A DNA stretch of 58,512 nt, taken from a virus. Lineage: Duplodnaviria > Caudoviricetes. Location of the stretch: positions 1-58,512 of the IMG/VR virus record IMGVR_UViG_3300037151_000031; one strand, written 5' to 3'. The notes below the pieces were generated by a model. The model did not search any database and was not told where the DNA came from. It was given only the letters and a program-made list of their open reading frames with translations. Positions 44,161 to 54,023 of this stretch are shown in pieces (within the stretch, counting starts at the first letter, position 1; each line of letters begins with the position of its first letter). The position numbers were made by a program, and so were the translations under genes.

Positions 44161-44612
44161 CGACCTTCAACGTCCAAGAGTACGACGCCGACCAGATCGT
44201 CATCATCGTCGCCGGCGTAGCGATCAGCCAGGGCGCGGGCCAGTCCGGCTACGCCGACGGGGAGTTCCTCAGCATCAAGTTCCCCGAGGGCTTCACCTTC
44301 GTGAAGGGCACGGACGGGACGATCGCGCGGTCGAAGACCAACGATCCCAGCTGCGAGATCATGCTGAATCTTCTCCAGACGAACAGCGCGAACGCCGCAC
44401 TTTCCGCGCTCTACGCGCTCGACATCAACCAGCCGAACGGCGCTGGCATCGGGTCCTTCGTGATGAAGGACCTGCAGGGCACGTCTCTCGTCGTCTGCAC
44501 GACGGCGTGGATCAGCAAGCCGGCAGACATCACGCTCGACCGCGGTGCCAAGGGTCGGTCGTGGAGCATCTCGGGGGTGCTTGCCCTAGCTCCGCTAATT
44601 GGAGGCAACTGA
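44157..44612 (+). CDS. tail tube protein (DUF3277-like)
   Basis: GYADGEF, GTDG, LLQTNSANAAL, AWISKP; follows the sheath. Confidence 0.8.
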   Translation: MTTFNVQEYDADQIVIIVAGVAISQGAGQSGYADGEFLSIKFPEGFTFVKGTDGTIARSKTNDPSCEIMLNLLQTNSANAALSALYALDINQPNGAGIGSFVMKDLQGTSLVVCTTAWISKPADITLDRGAKGRSWSISGVLALAPLIGGN

Positions 44613-44683
44613 AAGTCTAGCGATTACGCTAGGTTATATGTCGACGTAGCTTCCGCAGTCCCGGCGCTGTAGGACCGTCCACA

Positions 44684-45565
44684 ATGTGGACAATCTACTG
44701 CGTGACTCATGTCGCATCGGGCCGTCGGTACATCGGGCAGACGAAGCTCAGTCTCGAGCGCCGATGGAGGGGCCACCTCGACGCTGCGTTGCGCGGCAAG
44801 CACGACGGACGAAGCCGCTTCGTAAACGCGATGCACAAGTACGGCGCGGAGGCGTTCGTTCGCCACGTCCTAGAGACCTGCAGAACTCAGGAGGATGGGG
44901 ACGATGCCGAGCGTGCGTGGATCGCGTCTTTTTCGACGCAGCATGTCGAGTTCGGATTCAACCTCATGCCGGGCGGCCGAGGTCGCGTGTCCGACGACAA
45001 TCGACGCAGCCCGTGGGCACGCCCCGAGTATCGGGCGTGGCGATCGTCTCCAGAAAGAATGGCGAAGCTTCGTTCTAGACCGTGCCGGTTTTGTGGTCAG
45101 CCAAAGACTGGCCAAGAGAATCGGTGCGTGCCGTGTCGAACAGCATCCCAAGCAAAGCGTCGCCCGACGATGAGCGCATCGGAGCGAGAACGACTGAAGG
45201 CCCACCTCGCCAAGACCTCGGCTGCTTCATGGAAGGATCCAGAGACTCGCGCCAATCGCCTCGCGAAGATGGGTCCAGCGATCTCGGCGGCGTTCAATGC
45301 CCCAGGTCGCCGCGAGCGTGCGTCAGCGTTAGCCAAGGCGCAGTGGCAAGATCCAGACATCCGTTCGAGGAACGTCGCGAGCATGACGGCGACCATGCGG
45401 TCTCCGGAGCGCCGCGCGCGTTGTGCAGCGCGTCCATGCCGGAAGTGCGGCCGTCCGCGGCTGTCGACGAATGCTGGACACCCACGCTGCGGGCCGTGTC
45501 ACGCGAAGGCAGAGCGTGAACGCAAGCAGGCGAAGCGACAGGCGGTTCTCGACGCGGCCGAGTAG
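44684..45565 (+). CDS. free-standing GIY-YIG homing endonuclease
   Basis: TIYCVTH...RYIGQT...RW..H...E..WI...GFN; C-terminal W.DP..R repeats and CxxC motifs. Confidence 0.85.
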   Translation: MWTIYCVTHVASGRRYIGQTKLSLERRWRGHLDAALRGKHDGRSRFVNAMHKYGAEAFVRHVLETCRTQEDGDDAERAWIASFSTQHVEFGFNLMPGGRGRVSDDNRRSPWARPEYRAWRSSPERMAKLRSRPCRFCGQPKTGQENRCVPCRTASQAKRRPTMSASERERLKAHLAKTSAASWKDPETRANRLAKMGPAISAAFNAPGRRERASALAKAQWQDPDIRSRNVASMTATMRSPERRARCAARPCRKCGRPRLSTNAGHPRCGPCHAKAERERKQAKRQAVLDAAE

Positions 45566-45589
45566 CAGGCTCAAGCCTATCTTCTCGGG

Positions 45590-45742
45590 GTGACTGACAC
45601 ACCGATTCCTCCCGCCCCGGCTCCGAAGAAGAAGCCGTGTCCGGCGTGCGGTGAGAAGAAGGCTGACTCGGTCCCTGACACCGAGCCCGCCCCGCGCCAC
45701 GACTCGGGCACGGCGGACGGATCCATGCGGTACGGAGGCTAG
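45590..45742 (+). CDS. small Pro/Lys-rich protein with CPAC (50 aa)
   Basis: CTATCTT 6 nt before GTG; stop 2 nt before the next gene. Confidence 0.45.
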   Translation: MTDTPIPPAPAPKKKPCPACGEKKADSVPDTEPAPRHDSGTADGSMRYGG

Positions 45743-45744
45743 CC

Positions 45745-46155
45745 GTGGCAGCGAACACCCATATGTCGATCGCGACGTGGAACGCCGCGCTGGACGCTGG
45801 CCTGAACCCGCTCAATAGCGGGTTCCTAGAGATCTGGTCCGGGTCGCAACCGGCGACGCCTGACGTTGCTCCGACGGGCGGGAACGTGCTCCTCGCGACG
45901 TTGAACCTGTCGGCGACGGCCTTCACGGCGAGCTCGGGCGGGACGAAGACAGCGAACGCCATCACCTCGGGGACGGCTGCGGCCACCGGGACGGCGACCT
46001 GGTTCCGTGCGTACGACAGCAACGGAACGACGGCCGTGATCGATGGCAGCGCCGGGATCTCCGGAACGGACATGATTCTCGCGACCGCTTCGATCGTGAC
46101 GGGCGCCGTCGTGAGCTGTTCGGGGTGGTCGGTCTCGATGCCGGTGGGCCAGTAA
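45745..46155 (+). CDS. conserved virion accessory protein
   Basis: LEIWSGSQPATPD...GTATWFR...VIDGS. Confidence 0.65.
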   Translation: MAANTHMSIATWNAALDAGLNPLNSGFLEIWSGSQPATPDVAPTGGNVLLATLNLSATAFTASSGGTKTANAITSGTAAATGTATWFRAYDSNGTTAVIDGSAGISGTDMILATASIVTGAVVSCSGWSVSMPVGQ

Positions 46156-46156
46156 G

Positions 46157-46513
46157 ATGGGTGCCCCCGTACAGAACCCGAATGACGGCACGACGCTGGG
46201 AACGTCGGAGGTCATCTCCGACGAGGCGATTGATCCCCAGGTTGGCGGTCGCCGTGACCAATACCTCCCGGTCACGCTCTACAAAGCGCCGCGGTCCAAG
46301 ATTGCGGTCGGTCCATACGGGCAGGACTGGGGCGATGCCACTCAAGACCAGCCACTCGCCGTCGAGTCGCGTTCGCAACGGCAAATCGCCGAGACGGTGA
46401 GCCTCACGCAACGCGACCAGGCGCAGTCCGATTTCATTGCAGCCGCGGGATTTCACAACTTGACGCTAAGCGACTCACGAGGCGCCCACTTCAGCAACCG
46501 AGGCACACGATGA
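46157..46513 (+). CDS. hypothetical virion protein
   Basis: Tightly packed in the tail operon. Confidence 0.55.
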   Translation: MGAPVQNPNDGTTLGTSEVISDEAIDPQVGGRRDQYLPVTLYKAPRSKIAVGPYGQDWGDATQDQPLAVESRSQRQIAETVSLTQRDQAQSDFIAAAGFHNLTLSDSRGAHFSNRGTR

Positions 46514-47175
46514 TATTCGAAGGCATTGCCCAGAGGTTCGTTCAGCGCGCTGCCAGCCAGTTGGCCTCGAGGTTCACAGAGCTCGGGTCCTTGGCTGTCG
46601 ACCAGGTAAAGGAGTCCGGCGACGAGATGACGCGCGCTGGGTGCCGTTACCACCTCAGCGCAGAAGGCGCGACTGGCGTCGCGGCCGGCGTCACGATTCC
46701 GTCCACTGCGGCCAGCTGGATGCTCTACAACCCGATCGCCAACAACGTGACGGCGTGGATCGACCGCATCGCGGCGGTCAACAACTCTGGCACCGGTGGT
46801 GCGACGGGCGGCGCCATATGGGTGTGTCTCGTTCCACCAAAGTTCGCTCCGTCGTCGATCGCCACTGTCAGCACGGCGAACGTCACGATCCAGAACGCCA
46901 ATCCCGCGAGCACGAAGCAGTCGAACCTCGTGTGCACGTCGGGCGTGACGCTGCAAAACGCCGCCGTAGGCAACTGGTTCCCGGTTGCGAGCTCGACGTC
47001 TGCTACTGCCGTCCTCCTAAACGGCTACCTCATCGATTCCGGATGGGACATCCGCGGCAAGATCGCCATTCCGCCTGGTTGTGGCCTCGCGATGTATGTC
47101 GTGATGGCTATCGCAAACTCCCCCGTATTCGTGCCGCTATTCTCCTGGCGCGAGTACGCCTCCGACACGGAGTAA
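46510..47175 (+). CDS. hypothetical beta-rich virion protein
   Basis: IAIPPGCGLAM C-terminal jelly-roll-like pattern. Confidence 0.55.
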   Translation: MIFEGIAQRFVQRAASQLASRFTELGSLAVDQVKESGDEMTRAGCRYHLSAEGATGVAAGVTIPSTAASWMLYNPIANNVTAWIDRIAAVNNSGTGGATGGAIWVCLVPPKFAPSSIATVSTANVTIQNANPASTKQSNLVCTSGVTLQNAAVGNWFPVASSTSATAVLLNGYLIDSGWDIRGKIAIPPGCGLAMYVVMAIANSPVFVPLFSWREYASDTE

Positions 47176-47181
47176 CCCTCC

Positions 47182-48090
47182 GTGGCGGGCGGACTCGGGT
47201 CCTACGCGCTCCTCCTCGTCGAGGCGAGCGGACTTGCGCCCGTCAATTTGACGGGCGGCCAGACCGCGCTTCGACTCGGCGGCAGGCTGACGGCCATCGT
47301 TCCGAATCCGGTCGCGCTCGTTGGGTCGCAAAAGGTCCTGAACAGTGGCGGCCGCATCCTTCCGCTCGCCACGGTGCCGCGCACGGTCGCCCCGTACCTG
47401 CGTGGGCCGGCGGGGCTCGGGGGCGCGGCGACGCTGGTACGGGTCGCGCTCGCGCGACCCGTACCAGTCAAGGCTGCTCCGACGCCCACGCCGCAGTCCT
47501 ACGCCTCCGCCATCGTCCAGGGGCTCGGGTCGGTCACCCAGGTCGCCACAGCAGCCGAGACGATCACGAGCACGGCGGCGCAATCGGTCGGTGGAGTCCA
47601 GCAGACCGCATCAGAGGCAGAGCTCATCTCAGGCACGGCGGCGCAACGCGTCATCGGTGTCATCCAGTCAGCGGCCGTAGCCGAGACCATCGCGACGAGC
47701 GCGACGCAGCATGTCGTGGGCGTGCGGCAGACAGCAGCCGAGGCGGAGCTTGTCGCGACGTCGATCGTCCAGCGCGTGACCGGCGTTCGACAGACAGCCT
47801 CGGAGACCGAGCTTGTCACCTCCACGGTCGCGCAGCGCGTCGGGGGAGTCGTCCAGTCGGCGACGGAAGCCGAGGCGATCTCTGCCGCCGTCGCGCAGCG
47901 CGTTCTAGGCGTCCGACAGTCGGCGGTCGTGGGCGTGCAGAACGCTCTCCTGGTGCGCTTGCGCCAGCGAGCGCGAGGCGTGACGCAGTTCGCTTTCGCA
48001 CAGCAATCGGTCACCCCGGTGCCCGCTGTGGCCCACGCGCGTCAGCGGATTGGCGCGGTGCAGCAGTTCGCCTTTATCTCGAAAGAATAG
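47182..48090 (+). CDS. fibre-like protein with 21-aa tandem repeats
   Basis: Q.V.GV.Q.A.E.E repeated about 6-7 times. Confidence 0.6.
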   Translation: MAGGLGSYALLLVEASGLAPVNLTGGQTALRLGGRLTAIVPNPVALVGSQKVLNSGGRILPLATVPRTVAPYLRGPAGLGGAATLVRVALARPVPVKAAPTPTPQSYASAIVQGLGSVTQVATAAETITSTAAQSVGGVQQTASEAELISGTAAQRVIGVIQSAAVAETIATSATQHVVGVRQTAAEAELVATSIVQRVTGVRQTASETELVTSTVAQRVGGVVQSATEAEAISAAVAQRVLGVRQSAVVGVQNALLVRLRQRARGVTQFAFAQQSVTPVPAVAHARQRIGAVQQFAFISKE

Positions 48091-48112
48091 ACGTCCTGCC
48101 TACCTTTGGGGC

Positions 48113-48586
48113 ATGAGCCGGACGGTTACGAAGCTGACGATCGAAGGGGTCGTCTACGAGATTACGCAGGTCGGTGCCGAGACCGGAGACGCGATCCTTT
48201 TCCGCGTCGGGCAGGCCCTTGCGATGTCGCTCACGGCCACCTCGCTCGCCGACATCCTGGTGCGGCTGATGCGCAATCTGTCGATCGAGGACTTCGTCTG
48301 GCTCCGCAACGAGATGAAGAAGTGCACCAAGGTGGGCATCGTCGACACCGTGGGGGATGGCCGAGTGACGTTCACGCCGCTGGCGCCGCTCTATGACGAC
48401 CACTTCGCCGGCCGATACATGGCGGCGCTCGAGTGGCTGAAGGGAGCGCTCGAATCGAACTTCGGCGCTTTTTTCGTCGAGTTCATCCGACGCGCGCAGT
48501 CCGCAAAGGCCGTGGAGGCGTCGGCCTCCGAGAACCCGAAGGCGGCCGCTGGTTCCTCTGGCGCATCCTCCTCAGCGAGCGGATGA
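48113..48586 (+). CDS. tail assembly chaperone (gpG-like)
   Basis: YDDHFAGRY...LESNFG.FF; upstream of the tape measure gene. Confidence 0.75.
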   Translation: MSRTVTKLTIEGVVYEITQVGAETGDAILFRVGQALAMSLTATSLADILVRLMRNLSIEDFVWLRNEMKKCTKVGIVDTVGDGRVTFTPLAPLYDDHFAGRYMAALEWLKGALESNFGAFFVEFIRRAQSAKAVEASASENPKAAAGSSGASSSASG

Positions 48587-48717
48587 AGGTGGTCTCGCTC
48601 GCCGACCTCGAGCGGGATTGGTCGATCGTGGACTGCATGGTCGCCCACGAGTGGCTGAATGAGTTCGAGGACGCCGAGGCAACCATGCGAGCGCGGCAGG
48701 AGACGAAGACCCCATGA
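48469..48717 (+). CDS. -1 frameshift extension of the tail chaperone (gpGT-like)
   Basis: Slippery T-TTT-TTC at 48469-48475; the -1 frame is open to 48717 (WFLWRIL...SLADLE..WSIVD). Confidence 0.65.
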   Translation, partial: FFRRVHPTRAVRKGRGGVGLREPEGGRWFLWRILLSERMKVVSLADLERDWSIVDCMVAHEWLNEFEDAEATMRARQETKTP

Positions 48718-50375
48718 GCGACTCCAATGCTTTGCGAGAATTGCTCGCCGTTTTTCGCATCGACGTTGACGCCGAAGACCTTGAGAAGGGCGAGAAGCTC
48801 ATTGAGGGCTTCAAGGAGACCCTCACCGGCTTCGGGGAGATGGTGGCGGAGGCCTTCGCCGTTCATGAGGTGAAGGAGTTCATCTCGAGCCAGATCGAGG
48901 CGGGCGCCGCCCTGGGCCACACGACCGAGATGCTCGGCGTCACCGTGGGGGAGTTCGAGGCGTTCGCATTCGCCGTGAAGTCGGCTGGCGGAAGTGCCGA
49001 GTCCGCGAGCGGCGCGCTTCGGTTCCTGAGCCGCAACATGGCCGCGGCGGCGAGCGGCTCCGGGGAACAGGCGGAAGCGTTCACCAGCATGGGCATCGCC
49101 ATCAAGGATGGCTCCGGGCAGATGCGCCCGGCGATCGACGTGATGGCCGATCTCGCCGACAAGATGAAGGCTACGGACGACCCGACGAAGAAGGTCGGGA
49201 TCTCCATGAAGCTGCTCGGGCGCGCGGGCGCACAGATGATCCCCGCGCTCAATCAGGGTGGTGAGGCCTTCCGCAAGGCGCGCGAGGAAGTCGACGAGCT
49301 CGGGGGCAACCTGGGCGAGGAGTTCGTGCGCAACGCGAAGCTCGCCGAGGAGGGACTCGTCAAGGTCGACACGGCGACGACCGGTCTGAAGCGCGAGATC
49401 ATGATGGAGCTCTTCCCCGGCGTCCTGAAGATCATCGGGGTGATGAAGGACTTGACGGGATGGCTCGTGCAGACGGAGAAGAAGTCGCACCTGTTCTCGG
49501 ATGCTCTCGACTTCCTCAAGGCCGGCGCGATCGTGGGCGGCATCCTGAAGATCGTGTCGGCGCTGAACGCGATGACGAAGGCGGAGGCGCTTGCGCTCAT
49601 CACGAATCCGTTCGTGCTGTGGGTCGTTGGCATCGGGCTCGTGCTCCTCGCGTACAACGACCTGAAGGTCGCCCTCGAGGGAGGCAAGAGCGTCTTCGGC
49701 GATCTCTTCGGGCAGACCGGCATCAAGGAACTACGCGAGGACCTCGACGGACTTGTTGGTGCGTTCGACCTCGTGAAGGCCGCGGCGCAAGAGGTGCTGT
49801 CTGGGCTCGAGATCATGGGCAACTCCATCCAGTTCATCGGGAACAAGGTGGGATGGCTGCTCGCGAAGGCTCACGAACTCAACTCGTCGGGGACTGAGTC
49901 CGAGGGATGGCGAAGGTCCGCGCAGCAGTACAGCGACGCCGCCGATGCCGACGTCGACAAGATGCACCAGCACAAGGATGAGTCCGATGCTGGCTGGGAC
50001 AAGGCGAGGAAGAGCGTGCGCGCGCGCGCCGGCATTCCGGAGCTCGAGAACTTCAACGACGAACGCGCTCAAGGGCGTCTGTCATCCGACAACAGCGAGT
50101 TCCCGCTGAAGTCGACGCCGCACCCGTACGGCGGAAACGACAGCTGGTCGCCTCCGGGATCGTTCAACGCGACAGCGCCTCCGATGCTCATGGGAGGTCC
50201 GAACAGCACGTCGAGTTCCTCGGCGAGCAGCACGACGATCAACCAGAACAACCCCGTCACGGTCACGGTGCAGACGAACAATCCGCAGGCCGTGGTGAAG
50301 CCCATCAAGAGCGCCGTGGCCACTGCGAATCAGATCGACATGACGAACGGGAAGACGACGAGGGCTAGGCCGTGA
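48714..50375 (+). CDS. tape measure protein
   Basis: Helical, Ala/Gly-rich; AFTSMGIAIKDGSGQMR, LLGRAGAQMIPALNQG. Confidence 0.85.
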   Translation: MSDSNALRELLAVFRIDVDAEDLEKGEKLIEGFKETLTGFGEMVAEAFAVHEVKEFISSQIEAGAALGHTTEMLGVTVGEFEAFAFAVKSAGGSAESASGALRFLSRNMAAAASGSGEQAEAFTSMGIAIKDGSGQMRPAIDVMADLADKMKATDDPTKKVGISMKLLGRAGAQMIPALNQGGEAFRKAREEVDELGGNLGEEFVRNAKLAEEGLVKVDTATTGLKREIMMELFPGVLKIIGVMKDLTGWLVQTEKKSHLFSDALDFLKAGAIVGGILKIVSALNAMTKAEALALITNPFVLWVVGIGLVLLAYNDLKVALEGGKSVFGDLFGQTGIKELREDLDGLVGAFDLVKAAAQEVLSGLEIMGNSIQFIGNKVGWLLAKAHELNSSGTESEGWRRSAQQYSDAADADVDKMHQHKDESDAGWDKARKSVRARAGIPELENFNDERAQGRLSSDNSEFPLKSTPHPYGGNDSWSPPGSFNATAPPMLMGGPNSTSSSSASSTTINQNNPVTVTVQTNNPQAVVKPIKSAVATANQIDMTNGKTTRARP

Positions 50376-51346
50376 CCCAGTCGATCACTGTCGGTTCTGG
50401 CGCGAACTGGTACGGCGCTCCGGGGAGTCCCGCGCCCAAGGCGGTCGTTCAATTCATCGACGCGAGCGGCGCGAACAACACGCTCACCTTCGATGCGGTC
50501 GTCAAAGAAGAGTGGGACGAGGGAGCAGATATCACTGAGCATGCCGTCGAGGTGGGCAGCAACATTGCCGACCACGTTCGCGTCAAACTCATCACGTGCA
50601 GCTTGCAAGTCTACATATCCAACGAGCCGCTCGGGGTGGCCAGCAACTCCGGACAGGGCGCGAATCAGCCGACCGAGACTCCAACGTCGCTCAATGTGCC
50701 CACGGTCACGTGGACGAAGCATTCGCGCGATCTCATCTATCCAATCTGGGAGAACCAGATCCTTGCAAGGTCGCTCTTTCAGCTGGCCGCGGGGACTGTT
50801 GGTGACGTTGCAGGAGGCGGCACGGGGAGCGCGATAGGAGCGATCGGCGGAGAACTACTCGCCGGCCTGCTCTTTCAGGGGAAGGCCGTGACCGTCGCTA
50901 CTCCGACGACCGCGGGTCTCAGCCCTGTGGTGCAGCCTGGACCGACGGCACTCGTGAACTTGTTCGCCGACGAAACGGACTATGTCGCAGCCATGCACAC
51001 GGCTCTCTCGACGCTCAAGAGCTCGGCGCAATTGTTCAGTGTGCTTGGCACCAAAAAAGTGCTTTTCCCGATGGCAATCGAGAGCCTCGACTTCTCGCGT
51101 TCGGCAGAGACAGGCTCGGGGGAGAACATCACGATCGGCTTCAAAGAGATGCGGATCGTGACCACTCAGGTCGTGCCCGCGCCGATCCCTAACTTATCCG
51201 CCGGCGGAGGCACGCCGGCCGCCAATCATGGTGGGCAGGACCCCGCGCCCGTCGTCCAGCAGTCGGCTGCATCCGCCGCGCTCGCTGCGGTCGTGGGCTA
51301 CTTCTCGCCGGCCACGCAATCCGCTGTCACCGGAGCGGGCCTGTGA
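50372..51346 (+). CDS. baseplate/tube initiator protein
   Basis: FDAVVKE...ITEHAVEVGSNIADH. Confidence 0.75.
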   Translation: MTQSITVGSGANWYGAPGSPAPKAVVQFIDASGANNTLTFDAVVKEEWDEGADITEHAVEVGSNIADHVRVKLITCSLQVYISNEPLGVASNSGQGANQPTETPTSLNVPTVTWTKHSRDLIYPIWENQILARSLFQLAAGTVGDVAGGGTGSAIGAIGGELLAGLLFQGKAVTVATPTTAGLSPVVQPGPTALVNLFADETDYVAAMHTALSTLKSSAQLFSVLGTKKVLFPMAIESLDFSRSAETGSGENITIGFKEMRIVTTQVVPAPIPNLSAGGGTPAANHGGQDPAPVVQQSAASAALAAVVGYFSPATQSAVTGAGL

Positions 51347-51771
51347 TTCTCAGCGTCCCCACCTTCTCGGACCCTTCATGGACCCAGTCCACGACGTTCG
51401 AGGGAACGAAGTACACGCTGGAGTTCGACTACAACCAGCGATGCGCGAGCTACTACATGAGCATCGCGGACGCCGACGGGGTCGACATCTACAACGGCGT
51501 GAAGGTGGTGTGCGGGTTTCTGCTGCTGAGGAAATGCAAGGACTCGCGTCGACCGCCCGGCGACCTCATCTGTCTATCATCGAAGCCCGACACGTCGCCG
51601 CCGACGATGCTGGATCTCCTGCCAGGCTCGGGCCGATGCACGCTGTACTACATCACCAGCGACTGGCTCCAGATCGTAGAGTCTGGCAACGTGGCGGCCA
51701 TCGAGGCGCTGTTTGTTCAGATCGCTGCCAACGCCCAGACATCGTCTCTATCCACCTACGGACAACAGTGA
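51343..51771 (+). CDS. baseplate plug-like protein
   Basis: YTLEFDYNQR...MSIAD...GVKVVCG. Confidence 0.7.
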   Translation: MILSVPTFSDPSWTQSTTFEGTKYTLEFDYNQRCASYYMSIADADGVDIYNGVKVVCGFLLLRKCKDSRRPPGDLICLSSKPDTSPPTMLDLLPGSGRCTLYYITSDWLQIVESGNVAAIEALFVQIAANAQTSSLSTYGQQ

Positions 51772-51778
51772 GGACACC

Positions 51779-52051
51779 ATGAAAGTTGAGCACACGGTTA
51801 CGTATCGCGGCGGCAAGCCGGTCACGAAGGTCGTGAAGCCCGCGGCCCCGAAGCTTCCGACCCGCACGGAGCTCGTCAATGCGAAGAAGGCTGCGGCCGG
51901 ACATCGCAAGTTCCAGGCGGACTATGTCGCTAAGGCGAAGGCCGCGACCGGCAAGGACAAGGCAGACTTCGAGGCGCTCGCCGCGACGCACAAGTCCGCC
52001 GCCGAGAAGGCCGAGAAGACCCTCCAGAGCGCGCCGAAAAAGAAGAACTGA
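51779..52051 (+). CDS. small Lys/Ala-rich protein
   Basis: GAGGA RBS; very basic. Confidence 0.55.
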   Translation: MKVEHTVTYRGGKPVTKVVKPAAPKLPTRTELVNAKKAAAGHRKFQADYVAKAKAATGKDKADFEALAATHKSAAEKAEKTLQSAPKKKN

Positions 52052-52052
52052 C

Positions 52053-52967
52053 GTGACGCAGTCGGCGATCCCGGCGCCGTTCTCGCTGTTCCTGCGCTCG
52101 TGCGTGGTGACCGTGGGAACGATCCAGGTTAGCAACGTCGGGCTCCAGAGTGGGCTCGACATCTGGTTCAAGATCAAGCGCACGCTCAAGCCGGGCGAAA
52201 GCAGCACGTGCGACCTGAAGCTGACGAACCTCGCCGACGCCACGCGCCAGACGATCGAGTCCTATACGAAGGCGAGCGTGCCGACGGGCGCTCCACCGGG
52301 AGCCACGCCGACGAGTATTGTCCCGGTGACGATTGCGGCGGGCTACGTGGGCAACTCGAGCACGATCTTCGCGGGCCAGATGCGAAGCGCGCAGACCGTC
52401 CAGAACGACGCCGACTTCATCACGGAGCTGAACACGGGCGACGGGGACGAGGCGAAGCTGCTCGCGCGTTCGACCGCGAGCTTCGGCACGGGCGCGAATG
52501 CCTACGTCGTGGCGGTGAAGCTCATGAACGACATGGGGTGTGGCTTCGGTAATCTGGCGTCGGTTGCGAGCATCTTGCGCGCGGCCCCGCTCTTCTCTGC
52601 CGGGTGCGTCATCAAGGGCAACAGCAACTCGATTCTATCCGACGTTGCGACCGCATGCGGGCTCGAGGTCAGCATCCAGGGCGGCGTCGCGCAGTGGCTC
52701 ACGCAGGGGCAACCACTCGGGGGCCAGGCATACTTGCTCAGCTCCAACACGGGCATGATTGGCTCCCCCACGGTCGACACGAAGGGCATCCTTCACGTCG
52801 AGACGGTTCTCCTGCCGGGGCTGGCCCCGGGGCAACCGATCCAGGTCAATGCGAAGTTCGTGCAGGGGCTATTCAGGATCCGCGACATCGAGACCACGGC
52901 TGACACGAGCACCGAGAATTGGGGACATAGCCTGGAGTGCGCTCGCATCGGTCTGGGGGTTGGCTGA
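52053..52967 (+). CDS. baseplate hub protein
   Basis: IAAGY, IFAG, GDG, TGMIGSP motifs. Confidence 0.8.
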   Translation: MTQSAIPAPFSLFLRSCVVTVGTIQVSNVGLQSGLDIWFKIKRTLKPGESSTCDLKLTNLADATRQTIESYTKASVPTGAPPGATPTSIVPVTIAAGYVGNSSTIFAGQMRSAQTVQNDADFITELNTGDGDEAKLLARSTASFGTGANAYVVAVKLMNDMGCGFGNLASVASILRAAPLFSAGCVIKGNSNSILSDVATACGLEVSIQGGVAQWLTQGQPLGGQAYLLSSNTGMIGSPTVDTKGILHVETVLLPGLAPGQPIQVNAKFVQGLFRIRDIETTADTSTENWGHSLECARIGLGVG

Positions 52968-52970
52968 GCG

Positions 52971-53819
52971 ATGGAGCGCCAAGTCCAAGTCTCCGAAGTC
53001 GTGTCCGCCGGCACCGACGCCCTCCTCGGGTCGGTCTATATCTCCATGCTTGCGAGCGTCATTTCCTACAACGCGATGACTCAGGTCGCGATGGTGCAGC
53101 CCATCCTGCAAGACGTTCGGTTCGACCTCGACACGGACGTTCCGTACGGCGAGCCGTGGCCGTCGTTCTCGGTCAAGGTGGCGTGGCCGACGTTCGGCGG
53201 ATGCGTGCTCGCGGGGAACCTGAAGCCGAACGACGTGGTGACGCTCGAGGCCTTCGACTTCGATCCGTCGGTCATCACGAAGCTCGGCAGCGCAACCGTC
53301 ATGCCGGTCGACGTGCGCAAGCTCGGGGGGCATGCGTGGCGCGCGGTCCCGCAAGGGCTGATCGTGCCCATCGCGACGGCGGAGGCGACCGCAGCGGCGG
53401 CCGGCCTGGTGATCGGGGTCGTCGGGGGCGCCCAGTGGCGCGTGACGACGGCGGGCGCGGTCTCGCTCGTGGGGGCCACCTCGGCGTCCATCGGCGACGC
53501 CACGACGACGAGCGCCAGCCTCGGCGGGGCGAACACGGCCATAGCGACCATCGGGGGCGCCTCCACGACGTCTGTCGCGCTTGGCCCGGGGACGACGCCC
53601 ATGGCGCTGGCCCCCCCGCTCGTGACCGCTCTGACGGCCCTGGCGGCCTACTGTCAGGGGCTCACGGCCGCAGCGACGGCGGGGGCCGCGGTGCCCGACC
53701 CGACTGGGGTGGCCTTCCAGACGTTCGCCATCGCCCTCGAGGGACTCGGCCCCGTGGTTGCGGCGGCGCTGGCTGCGGCAGAATCGGCGACACCCGCGCT
53801 CGTGGTCAAGGGCGCGTAG
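52971..53819 (+). CDS. baseplate central spike (Gp138/gpV-like)
   Basis: VISYN...VQP...VAWP..GG...LKPND. Confidence 0.7.
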   Translation: MERQVQVSEVVSAGTDALLGSVYISMLASVISYNAMTQVAMVQPILQDVRFDLDTDVPYGEPWPSFSVKVAWPTFGGCVLAGNLKPNDVVTLEAFDFDPSVITKLGSATVMPVDVRKLGGHAWRAVPQGLIVPIATAEATAAAAGLVIGVVGGAQWRVTTAGAVSLVGATSASIGDATTTSASLGGANTAIATIGGASTTSVALGPGTTPMALAPPLVTALTALAAYCQGLTAAATAGAAVPDPTGVAFQTFAIALEGLGPVVAAALAAAESATPALVVKGA

Positions 53820-53830
53820 TCAAAGGGGGC

Positions 53831-54022
53831 CTAGCGGCGACGATTGGCCCAGCACTTCGGACAGTGAATCCACTGCATCCCGGTGTCACCGAACCAGCCA
53901 CCTAATTGGCCGGATTTCATCCAGCCGGACTCGGCGATGTCAGGATGAGGCGTGATCGTCTCGGCGCACGAATCGCAGTCGAGGCGCACGAGCTTCCCCT
54001 CTTTGGAATAGACACGTCCCAT
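53831..54022 (-). CDS. small zinc-ribbon protein
   Basis: CDSC...HCPKC. Confidence 0.5.
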   Translation of the reverse strand: MGRVYSKEGKLVRLDCDSCAETITPHPDIAESGWMKSGQLGGWFGDTGMQWIHCPKCWANRRR

Positions 54023-54023
54023 G

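Noticed and set aside
44613-45589. Group I intron around the GIY-YIG gene
   Set aside because: The flanking genes look complete and the non-coding flanks (about 70 and 25 nt) are too short for a ribozyme core.
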